A stretch of DNA of 64,000 nucleotides, from positions 1,915,713 through 1,979,712 of the forward strand of contig CAJFCJ010000004.1 of the NCBI GenBank assembly GCA_904063045.1. The letters are read 5' to 3'. Numbering within the stretch: position 1 is the stretch's first letter; every line of letters starts with the position of its first letter. Shown here in pieces: positions 38,487-51,130 of this stretch. The notes below the pieces were generated by a model, which ran no database searches, was not told the DNA's origin, and saw nothing but the letters and a program-made list of their open reading frames with translations. Made by a program: the position numbers and the translations under genes. Source of the stretch: Dimorphilus gyrociliatus (Eukaryota; Animalia; Annelida).

Positions 38487-41290
38487 TTAAAGTGGTCTTG
38501 GAAAAAACCATATAAGAAACACGATAATAATAACCAAATAGACGCAAAAGAAGAATCTATCAAGTATTTTTGCAAAATACTTCCAAATATCGATAAGAAA
38601 CTTTCTGTACTGTTTCTTGTCTTCAATCTCCAATTGACGTAGTTCAACTTTTTTCAAAATGAAATTTATTTCTTTTAATTTTAATAATAGTATAGAATCT
38701 TTGTCGCCGTAGCTATAATAGTTTCCCTCAGAGGTTGCCAATCTCTTCTTTAACACTTTAAGCTTTCTTTTCAATTTGTACATTTTCTCTGTTTTGAAAA
38801 TTTTAGCTACTATTTTTATCAACTGTAAGGAATAATATTATTTAAGTAAGAAGGTTCTTTTTGTTAATAGAATGACAATTACCAAAAAAATAATTTTATG
38901 GGGAGTAGTACCAGTTTCTCCAAGTTTTGATATGTTGATTATCACTGTTGACAGGATGATGGCCAAAATTATGAGAATCAAAATGAAGATGTAGTAAAAT
39001 CCTGATGAAAGAAATATTTCTCCTGTCAATTAGCATTATTTATCATAACTTAAAATTACTAGCCTAATTTTGGAGTGGAGCTAGCTGAAGGTGGAGCCGT
39101 TTCAACCAACATCAGTAGGAGAAATAAAAAACTAGCGAAAAGACTCATTGCTAACATGGTTCTATCAGGTCTGCTAGGAGGTAGGCAGAACACAGTTAGA
39201 GTTAAGGATGATAATATAATGCAAGGAACAATTAAGAGACCGTTCATGAATGTCAATCGTCTCTTTAATTCAAATCGAAAGGTAATAATTGAATATGTAG
39301 GAATTTTTCCTCCACCATGTTCTTTCCTGTCAACCTCTGTAGAACTCACTTCCCAAACGGAGTATTTCTCTAGCTGGCTGACATCTAAACCCTGCTTTCC
39401 TAGAATTCTAAAGTCAATTTCATAAATTGGGTGTGTCCAAGAACCAAACCACAGATTGCAAGTTTGAACATCAAATGGATAATTCGTAACAGTCATGCTA
39501 CAAGTTGATTTATAAACACTTTTTTCAAACCAAGTTACATCTCCGTTATAGTTTATTATTACTGGTGCATTTGATATTTCATTTTCGGCCGTTGCCCTAT
39601 GTAATAAAAAGGATTAAACTATTCGTAAAGATTTAATAAATTTGATTATAAGAATTCATATTAAAACATGATTGTCTCAATCCTTAGATAATGATTAATA
39701 TCATGGGTGTTCAAATATAGAGAGTTTGCCTATAGATTATTTGCAAAAGAGTAAATATTGCAAATATATAAATTTATATATTATAGATATAAAAATACAG
39801 TTCAAGTTCGACTATTAGATATTCATTTCTGATAGACAAGATATGGATTTCATAGACAACACTGTTTATTTATAGTCAGCCTTAATCTTAAGGCTAAGCA
39901 TAGTCGAAGAATTGGTATAAAATATCTTACTCAATATGATTTGAAATATATCGTCTATTCTTCTAAACGATAAATGATTAATATTTGATACATATTCGCT
40001 CCTCAGTGTATGATAGTGGCACTAGGACATAGACTATATGCTTTTTTATAATTTAAAATGTTCTAGTTTAATCAGATTGAATCATAGACGAAAAAAATAA
40101 AACTTGACATTTATAATAAAACTTCTGAATAGATTTTCAGAAATATATGATAATAAAGAGTCGATAAGATAAGAATACTTATATATAAGTAAGCTTACTT
40201 ATGTATAACTTTTGAAAACATATCTATTATAATAATTACGTGTTATATAACATTATGTCTGGTCTCCAAATCATATTCATCGGCAGTCGAATATTGTTAA
40301 CACTTTCATAATCTTTTGGATTCCATGTCATATATTCATCCCTCCATTTCTTTTGTAGAATTTTAATATAAGTTTAATATTTATGGTAAATAACATCTTT
40401 AAATTTTGTAAACTTACCATTTGATAATTTGCTGTAGCTGTAAAAACTTTATCTCGTTCGTCTAAATCAACTGCTACTATGCTAAGGGAGAAATAGACTA
40501 TTAGACTATTTGTGCTGTTTCTAATAGGTCTGCATTTAGGACCAAATTTTTCGTACGACTTCAAGAGTCTTTCTATCAACTGTCTTTCGCTCGATTTTCT
40601 CCCTCTGTTGAAAAACTTGTGTATTATCAGTCGAGTAAAACTAGACGTTTATTTAAGACGAATGTAATATAATGCCATCTATCGTTGAATAGAATTTTTC
40701 ATTAAGTCTAACATCTATTTCAATATAAAATAGCAATAAATAACCATTCCTCTAACACTAAGATTGTTCTATTAGACTTTATCGTACCACTGATTTTTTT
40801 TTTTCCAATAACATTTGTAATCTCAAGGGTAAAGTTATTTTTTGGCGATTTAGGGGAATTCTCTTCCTTCTAAATGAGATTTAAAACCTATAGGAAGCTC
40901 GTTTTATTTTTTATCGCAATACAATGTGTATATATTAAACTATGCATATGCTCTAAACCTTATAACTTGCTAGCAAATTATAACAATTAGCATATAGCAA
41001 TATTCAGCCATGTGTAAAGAAGCAATGTTCAGAGAATAGCTTGCATATAAATATATTAATATAATATTATAGTTATTTTAATAAATACATTAATATAAAA
41101 TTCATTTGAAATAGAATACGAAAACTACGAAAGACATTATGTCACTTTCACTTTAGACTTGATATAAAAACAAGAAAAAATAATTCAAATATTTGACTTA
41201 CTTTAACGATAAATTATCAACCGATAAATTGATAATTTCATCAAAATTTACCAAAAATATCATAAAAAGTAGTAGGAAACTTATATTCAT
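38487..41290 (-). CDS. Atypical nAChR-like Cys-loop subunit 2 (non-alpha)
   Basis: Signal exon MNISFLLLFMIFLVNF (41202-41290, phase 2), WRPDIMLYN, CSMTVTNYPFDVQTC, FGSWTH, M2 RTMLAMSLFASFLFLLLMLVE, M4 DRFFFCVYLVIII, ending FPRPL*. Confidence 0.9.
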
Positions 41291-42918
41291 ATTTGTAAAG
41301 AGTATGTATATACAGTATGTACATATATTTATATATATATACAGTATATATATATATATATATATTATATATACATACTTTGTAGGGTACCGTTGTGAAT
41401 TCGTAAAATGACTATAAATTTATTTATCTATTTTCAGCTATATTAAAATAACTGATATGAAATGTCAGCTTATTTCAAAAAACCAATCATTTTTCTTTTA
41501 TTTTTTCATAAAAATTGCACATGTTACCCATTTTTTTAATGATATAGATAAAATTTTTATTGTTTGCGGTATGTTATCTTGTTTTAACAGAATAAAAAGT
41601 TAAACAGATTTAACATGTCAGAAACAGCTGTGTGTTTTCTTATTTTTAAAATGAGCATAAAGAAAAGGAAAATAGAAGAAGATCTTAGATAAAGATGAAA
41701 ATAAAAAATATACCAATAAAATTGGATTAGAGTTAACTATAGAGAAAGTAACGATTGCTAAAGATAGGAATAAGACTGCATAAGAGAATGAAAAGGAAAA
41801 TAAAGATGGACAATTTCCTATTTATCACGCAATTCAGGATTTTGCGTTTGCAGTGTGTTTCCTGTGTAGACTTTGTAAATATTATATTCAATAGAAAAAA
41901 CATTTCTATAGGTTTCTAACAAAATTTAGTTTTTTCTTTTAATTTAAATGATGTTAATTACACTCTATTAATAAATAATTATAAGTTAATAAACGAAAAT
42001 TTCAATAGATATTCAATTCTTAATATTTTATTCTTTGATAGAAAATGAATTATAAATAATTAAAACAATAAAAGAATACAATAACGCATTTAGTGTATCT
42101 TTGAATGCCATTCAAAAATATATAATAAAATAGCGATCGAAGACATTTTTGTTTACATCTATTCAGTTTTTCAACTGTCCTATTCAGGACAATCAATGCC
42201 CTTCACTTTTGAAAGTCGTGGGAAATTTAATTATTATTGTTCATAAATAGCAAATATACTATTAAGCCCTTCTTTTAAATGTAGTCTTATTATTAAATTA
42301 TTAGCCATTATAGACTATATTTTAAAGCGTTAGTTAAGCATGGAAAACTTCCAGACTTCAAATATTTATAGATCGTTACTGTTTTATCATCGTTGAGTAT
42401 CTATTTGATATTTTTCCTCTTTTCTTCTTTATTTTTATTTTAGTGAAGGAATTTGGGGAATACGTTTGCAACGTTCCCCCGCCTCCCTACAACTTTGATA
42501 CTCTCTTTGATTTTTCAATTGGGAACGCTATAAATCACAGTTTCTTGAAATTTTGGCTTGTGCTACTTTTAATCTTTTAACCCTGTCCTTAATAAAAGTG
42601 CTTTCAGGATGTAATATAATAGGTATCAACCTATAGAACATTCAGAAATTTTAGTTTTTTAAAAGGAATTAAATAACGCAAAGTATCCTTGAAAAGACTA
42701 TTAAAAAGATCATCTTAAATACAAAGTATTTCTCCAGTCACTTTATCAGTAAGTGAATAAATGTATACGTGTTTTTTAATAGAAGTACTTGGCTTTGTAG
42801 TATAAGGAAAATGGACGAAAACAATAATAGATATGACAGTTTTTTGGTCTCTTTAACTTGATTCCAAATTTTATAAAAATGAAGCTGAAATTTAAATAAT
42901 TTATTGTTAATTTTCCTA

Positions 42919-44532
42919 CTATACTGGTCTTGGAAATAATAGACTTAGAGATGTTATAATTAAAACAAGGTACAATATAAAGAAGAATCTATCTAGAACT
43001 GTTGCAATTCTTTGCCATGATTTTTTTGCCATTGTTTTCTCTTTTTCAAATCTATTCCTTTCTTCTAATTTTTGTTCAAACCGCAATATAATTCTGCGTA
43101 AATCATATAATTGTTTTTCAAAATCCGACAGGTGTCGCCTATCAACATCAAAATCATGTAATTCGCTAATATCGTTAAACAGTTCAATTCTTTCATGAGA
43201 TTTCTCATTGGTTGCCGAGTAGATATTTCTTGTTGTGCATTTGCCTCTCATACACATAGCTCTTGCTAGGCATCCTAATGTTATCTGAAATGTAATAAAG
43301 TATGTATACACGTGACTATGATCACTTAAAAATCTTCAAATGTTATATTCATACAGAATTTGTTAACGAACCAGATTTAGCCATTTAGGTGGATATTGAC
43401 ATTCGTTACCGCCTCTGTTAATGTTAACGACCAAGGATGAAAGTATGATAGAAAACATGATAATAACAACGTTGAAGCAGTAGTAAACACCTGAATAAAC
43501 AAAAACAGATTTCTATTTAAGATGCTATTTGAATAAACAAGAGAAAGAAAGAAAAACCCTTATAGAACATAAGAGCACTTTGTATCTTTTATGCCTTGAT
43601 ATCTATATTTTTTTGTAATATGACTTCTAAATCTTCCTATTCAATGGTAGCTATAATTTATCTCGTTTCACCTATTCTATTTTGAAAGTAGATATACAAG
43701 CCTCCAGGGTAAAATATTTACCTAAATTTGGTATAGAACCAGCAGTGGGGGGTGCAGCCTCTACCAAGATCAAAAGAAGAACCATAAAGCTTCCAAAGAT
43801 GCTCATAGCTGCATAAATACTGCATTATATATATATAGTTCAAGTGCAAATCTTAGCTATTATATTAATTAGTAACCTACTTACCAAGCGATGTCCTGTC
43901 TGGTCTATCAGGTGGTAACCAGAATACAACTAAAGTTAGACAGGCCAAAAAGACGCAAGGTAGTGTTAGAATATAGCTTGAAAAGACCATCTTCCTTCTC
44001 ATATACAATTCAAAGGTTACAATAGTAAATTTGGGTACATTATCTTTTCCTTTGACTTGTCTCTCAGCATGAACTTTATAAATATCCCAGCCTGATCCAT
44101 CTTTAAAATCTGATTGAAATGTGCTTAGATCAATTCCGTTTTCTGTTAGCATAGTTAGATTAATTTGATCTGAGGGATGTGTCCAAGATCCAAACCACAT
44201 ATGACAACTCTGATTATCGAAGGGGAAGTTTGTTACGTCGAGACTACAAGATGATCTAAAGATCGTATGTGGGAACCATGAAACAGAACCGTCGTAACGA
44301 ATGACTGCAAGGGCCTGACGGGCTACGCTATCGACATCGGCACTGTAATAGAGGCTTTCGTGAATAAAATTCATTTACAGTTGAAATCGATAGAATTCTG
44401 AAATAGGTGCTTTATAATTTAGTTCAACTGGACGTTTAAACGCTGGAAACGGATTGACATTCAATTAAATTACAGATATTTATACCCTATGCAATAAGCT
44501 ATGTCTCAAAATTCTCTCCCTCTCTCCCTCTC

Positions 44533-44597
<65 letters not shown>

Positions 44598-47500
44598 ATA
44601 TGAGAAAGTTTATATATAATACATTGTAAATATTTGTTAAAAATATTAATTTATAATAAACTTATTTAACACTTAAAGGAGATATTATAACTTTGATTGA
44701 TATGACTAAGACATTTGATTTGGAGAACAAAAACTCATAATATTCAGGTAACAAAGTTATTGATCAAAAAGAATATTTAACAAATTCTGTCCTAACATAA
44801 AATTACTGAAGATTAACTCGTTCTATAAATATTGATGAGTCAGTGATATTATAAATAACGTTTTATATATATATATATAATTTATATATACTGTATATAT
44901 CGCATTTAATTTCTTATAAGTGCAATCTAAGTTTGACAGAACAGTTTGCAAAAAAAGTAACCTTTAGAATTGATGACTTTTCAACTCAGAAGTGTCCTTA
45001 TTGAGAAGGATATATGTATGAAAATATTATATTAAATAGAAAGAGTTTTATTCTATATCCATATCTCTACAGGAAATATGAACGTTTCATACGTATTGTA
45101 CAATTGGAAAAAGCTTCTAATGTCGATTGACTTGCCTTGACAACTAATCCTAAATATCTTCCGTAACTCTCCTTTGTCCCTTGCGCTACTACCTCCCATT
45201 CTTTCTTATTCTCTTAAAACTGCTCTGTAAGTTCCACATTATGATAACACTTGCTATAATTCAAGAAATCAATGATACAATCGCGATACGATTAAAACGT
45301 ACATCTTTCTTTCTAATTTTACATTCCCACGAATTTAAAGAAATAGAAGCAGATAAACGGATTTTATTTTATTTTCTACTAATTAGTTGCAGCAGAAGAG
45401 ATAATTAGCCCTAATTAAATGGTGAAGTCTGATTTGATCATATGAAGGAAACAATTTAATAGAAAGTGTTAAAAAACGAAATTATTGACAACAGTTTCTT
45501 CTTTTTCTGACATACCAGGTTTTATTTTAATAAATATAATTAAATTGGTTTTTCTACTTTATCTTTAAAAAAAAAAGGTAAAGCGTTTCTTTTGTTGAAA
45601 GAAAACAGAATTTTTAGTTTGAAATTTTTAATTTAACAATTGTTGCTAATAGCTTAGTCAGATTGATTAATTAATTAATTACATCGATCGTTGATTGTTG
45701 AGGATAAGCTCTTTTGAGGGGAAATCTCATGACAATAATATATTTTTTTTTTACCTTAAAACTGTTAAAATAATATCATGGATGAAGAGAGAGAAAAAAA
45801 GAGAAAAAGAGAATGGAGAAGATAAAGAATTTTATTTAACATCTCAAAGTTTGTAAAGTTTTCTGGATTTGTTCGTCTGTTGTATTTACAACTTGAAATT
45901 AAAGATATAAAATGAACGTTGGAATGTTAATTTATAATAATTGATTTACATTAGAATAATAAAGAATAAATAATAAGTAAGTCAACCAAAATTAAATTTG
46001 CAGTAGTTCTGTAAAATATCACGATAAGCTATTTAGAAAATAATCAAAAGGAAATTAACATTAATAGATTTAAAAACTATGTTTTCTTAAAATTGGAACA
46101 ACTTGGAACAGGATATCAAGAAGATAATCATAAGTAAAGCCCTTTCGTAAATACGCAATTTCCTGACACTTAAGAGAAGATTCTGATTAATTGACATGTT
46201 CTACATTTCTACAGGAATTACAATTTCTTTTTAAACTATGAAGAAATATTTATGGAACTTTATTTAACTGATTTGCTTAACAAATCAAAAAATTTTTAGT
46301 TGAAAAAAATAGTAACTATCTATAGAAAATATAGATTCATTGAATTTAAAGCCGTTCATTCGAGATATATCGAATATATTCTCAATAATCTCAACTAGAG
46401 ACGATAAAAACTCTATGGCAACTGGGAGAAGGAAACAGTAAGAGGAGGAGAAAAGGAAAGGAACAAAAAATAAGCCTACTCTTAAGATTTTCTTTCCATA
46501 TCGCTGCTTAACGTTATTAAATTCCTTATCCAGAACATTGTAATTAGCTTTTAAGTTATATATGAAATTTAAACTAGCTATATAGAAAGGAAAAAGGGAA
46601 AGTTATTATTCGTAGGTGAGACTACGCGCATTTCCCAAACTGCATTACACCCAAAAAACAGAAAAAGACCAAATTATTGATTCATTCTTGTGCTTTCTCT
46701 TTTAATACTTGTATACAGTATATTTAATGAGAAGACAAGACATAGAAATAAAAACTTTACCATGCAGAAATTTCTAAAAATAATTACAGAACATAGACAA
46801 ATTAAATATTAGTAATAACCTAATAATAATAGTTAATAATCACTGATCGTTTGATGTTATTAATTCTCTGTCTACTAATCTTCTATTCTATTATATGTTT
46901 GTTTTTATTATAGCTTATATTTAAAATATTTGTATTAAATTTCATAGATATTTTCGGCATAGAGTATTAATATTTTACCGTTTTGTGTCCAATTGATAAA
47001 GAGTAGTATTGATAAGAAAATTTTTTAACATATAGTCAGTCTTCTGTTTTTGGTCTAGTTGTATTATTTATTCGCAGCATAATTCATAATTCCTTATGGG
47101 AAACTTAATGCAAACATTACAACTATTCTAACGCTTAATCTAATATAACAGTAACACTTTTAGAAATATGTTTATGTACGCAATTATTCTGATCAGATAA
47201 TCTTGTTATAGTTCCGTGTAGTAAAGAGAGCATAAACTTTTTGTGGTCATTTAACGATGAAGGCAATTAGTTTCCTTTCATCTTGTCGTCTTTCATTTCT
47301 TATGAAAAACTATACTTTTGAATATGTTAATACTTTTCAAAATGAAATAAAGTATATATTACAAAAAAGGAACAAGGGAAAATATAGTGTCTCACAATAA
47401 TACATACGTGTTGTATAACATAATATCGGGTTTCCATATGGAATCGGCTGATAATCTGATTGTAGTCACTCCACCGTAGTCCTTAGGGTTCCAGGTCAAA

Positions 47501-48775
47501 TATTCGTCGTTCCATACCTAATAGTTTTCTTCTTCGTTATTACTTAGTAATGAACTTAAGAAAACTCCATTACTCACATAGCGAGTCCACATGCTCATCG
47601 TTAAGACTTTATCTTTTTCGTTAAGGTCCATTTGAATAAGACCAAGCGAGAAGCTGACATTTGAAACGGTCGAAATATTTCTCACAGGTCTGCCCGACTT
47701 GCCCCACTTCTTATATTCAGTCATCAAGTCATTAATTAAAAGCTTTTCGAATGAAACATTTCCCGAACTAGATTTAAAAAATGAATAATAAACAATTTAC
47801 AGCAACAAACGTTAGAATTAAAAATTAATAAAAGAAAAAGGTCAAGTGTTTATTGGAGAGGAATTTTGAATGTTTAACAAGGTAAAAGGATCGCCTAGAG
47901 ATACTAAAGACGATATTACATGATCTGAGGTGTACTACTTTTCGTAAAACTAGAGATATACGGATAATTAGAAGATAAAAGCTCATTACGACTTCCTTCA
48001 AAAAGGCTTATTTTGGAACTCTAAGGATTGTTTTTAAATAGAATACTTATTAAACTATGATAATTTATAGAATATGATATAGATTTCATTAAATACCTTT
48101 ACAAAAATAATAATAATAATAATAGACAATAGATTTGTAATATAGTCCTATCCTTAATATTTTCACACATCTAACTAGTTCTTAAGAAATAACAGTCGCA
48201 AATAGATTCTTGGATAGAAAAATTTGTTCGACTATTACATTTACTGGGAACACGTCAAAATTGTAAAAGTAGTACAGTAAGGTTCCAGTAAGCCTCTAAA
48301 AGTTTCTTTCTATGATAAGTTTATTAGGTTTTTTTCATCAATGAAACCGCGTCTTTTTGGCACACGTACCTACAACGACATTGGAAGCGACTGCTAATCA
48401 GAAGTAAGACCTTGAAGACTAAGACAAATGAGAAATTGTTGACTATTCCAAAATATGTTGCTATAAACAGGGATTTTACTAATAAATTCTAGCATTATAA
48501 CCGGAAAATGATACATTTCCGCTTTATATAGGGTGGTAATAAACTTTTCTCATTTCTATCTTCTTTTTTTCTAATGGAGACGTCTATCCTTTAAAGGAAT
48601 GGAACTTATTTTATATGAAAGAGTTCAAAAATTATTGGTTTCTTTGGAAACCATCTAATTGTATACTGATTTAAATATTATACTATTACATTAGACTTTT
48701 ATAAATAGTTACTTACCAGTTAATAAGCCTGACGATTTCAATTAAGATTGGAAGCAAAGTATAGAAAATAGTCAT
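42919..48775 (-). CDS. Atypical nAChR-like Cys-loop subunit 3 (non-alpha), close paralogue of subunit 1
   Basis: Signal exon [19 protein letters not shown] (ATG 48775), [31 protein letters not shown]2 [21 protein letters not shown], ending FPRPV*. Contains an intron of about 3 kb (approx. 44350-47400). Confidence 0.92.
44513..44592. repeat. Compound (CT)n(TA)n microsatellite in the long intron of nAChR-like 3
   Basis: Read directly from the sequence. Confidence 0.95.
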
Positions 48776-51130
48776 TTTTTTCCCTTTACATATTTGTTCG
48801 CTTATGCTTAAAAATATGAAAAAAGTAGTATAAAGATTTATTCCTTCACTTTTCTTCTTTCTGTCTTCTATCCCTATTTTTCTTTTTATTCTCTTCCTAC
48901 ACTCTCTCCTTACCATTTATCTCATGTCATATAGAATCAAACGTATAAGAAACACTAGACGTCTCTCCCTTATCTCTTGTTCATATAACTAGAGTTCGCT
49001 CTTTATATATAAAACGCTTCAGTCTAATTTCTATCGATTTTTTTACATATTATCGCTCACTAGCTTTTGACGTTTAAAATTACATAGATAGTAATTGAAA
49101 CCAGGATAAAATTTCAAGATTTATTATATTTATCAGAATTTTCAACATGTCATATTTTTAAAAGTTGTCTATCTTAAAGTATACAGAGAAGGAAGGTATA
49201 TGATATATACATACATTAATATATACTGTATATACAATATATACAATATATAGTATAAATTTATATATATATATATATATATATATAAAGACTGTGACTG
49301 TAAGTGTTTATTTGATATTTGTATGGGAAATTAAAGACAAAATAATAAAACAGCTATATTAAAGAAGTAACACTAATTCTACTTGTATTTTAGTATTATC
49401 TTGTTCAAGCTTGTGTTTAATAACATATTTCATTCATCACAGTTAATCTGTACAAAATTGCAATTGGAACAAAGTTTTTGGAAGACAAGGAAGGAAATTC
49501 TTAGTTTTGCATATGTTAGCTAATCTATTATGAGTATAGATTATAAAACTGATATAAAATAATACTAAAATCTTTCTAGAATGAGGAATGGGGGAAAATT
49601 TCATAAGAAGTTTTGCAGATTCTATAAATTTTAACCAACGATTGGCTTACACTGAACTAGTTGAAATATTTAAGAAGAGAAATCATCTGAATGGCAGCCA
49701 CGTGACAATCAGGCAAACTCAACAAAGAAAACTTTACAGTAAATAATACAATTCGCATCCGTGATGAAAATAATTCATTCTTGATAGCTCAGATGGCTTA
49801 CACTACAATTGGTAGAACCTCAAATAGGAGAAAGTAATTCTCTTGTAGAGGCAGTCTGGAGTAGGTAGTACTAAGAAGCAGAGACAATTTCTCTCTAAGG
49901 GAAAACATCTAGGCTTTATTAAAACTAGAAATGAAGATGGAAGTTAAAACTTATACTCTAAGAGACCATTTTATCCTTTAGTTTATCCACCCTGAGGTGA
50001 AAATGCTATCTTAGTGTAAGATGAGGCACCAATATATCGGGATTTTAAAAACAAAACTGTCTCTGGAGGGTGACGTAATTACACTACTGGACTGATCAGC
50101 ATATTCTCTCTAATTTTTAATGTAACTGTTTTGCAGCCAGAAATTTATAAGAGATTTGGAGCAAAGCCTAGAAATCAAACACTGCAATCTTTCGTAATCC
50201 TTTCAGAATGGAAAGAAATTAGTCTATATCTTATTGCTAATTTTATCAATTTTCTTAGCAACTGATTGCTTATAAAATTAACTAGAAAACAACAAGAAAG
50301 CATGTGATAAACAGTTTTTTCCTTATTTCTATAAAAGAAAATTTCTTCATCTCGACTATAGACAATTATAAGAACTACAAAAAATTTTCTTCTATCTTTC
50401 AGTATATTTACTGTCTATAATATTCGACTATTACATCATCAATCTTTTTTATACTATTAATACAGATAATGTTTGTATGTCTATAATTTAGTCGTTGATT
50501 GAAGGCACAGACACATATACTATATATACAGACAGTATACTGTATATATTATTAAAACTAGCACAACAGGTCTTAAGAGCAAAGAAGAAAGTGAAGGATA
50601 TCTATAAAGAGAGAGAGAGAATGAGAGCGAGAAAGAGAGCAAGAGATGTAGAGAGAGAGAGAGATAGATAGAGAGATGGGTAGAAAGATATATTTTTTAA
50701 TAAAACTAAAATAGGAAAGGAAAGCGCGTTTAAAGGGACATTTTTTGGCGATAAAGCTATAAGTAAAAATATTTATTGTTTGTAATCTATAATTGGCACA
50801 AAGTGGCTTTAGAATCATTAGAGAATATAAGCAAATTTCATGCGTACATCAAACTTGTATCATTCATCCTAAGAGCGCTTTAAACAGGGTATTTAATCAT
50901 TTAGGACTGCATTAAGAACGACGATTGAGTAATTCATTGAAATAATTATTTGGGTTAGAGAAGAAAATAATAAAAAAGGAATAAATTTTATATTTAATCC
51001 AGACTTTATTACACTTTTCATTACAAATAAAGAAAGTATATGCATAAATTGACCATCGTTTGTTCTATATTTAAAAGATTCCCTCCTCAATAGAGTATGC
51101 ATCTAATATATACAGTATATATTAATATAT

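Noticed and set aside
49760-49800. GTGATGA as a C box of a C/D snoRNA
   Set aside because: No D box (CTGA) at a suitable distance and no terminal stem.
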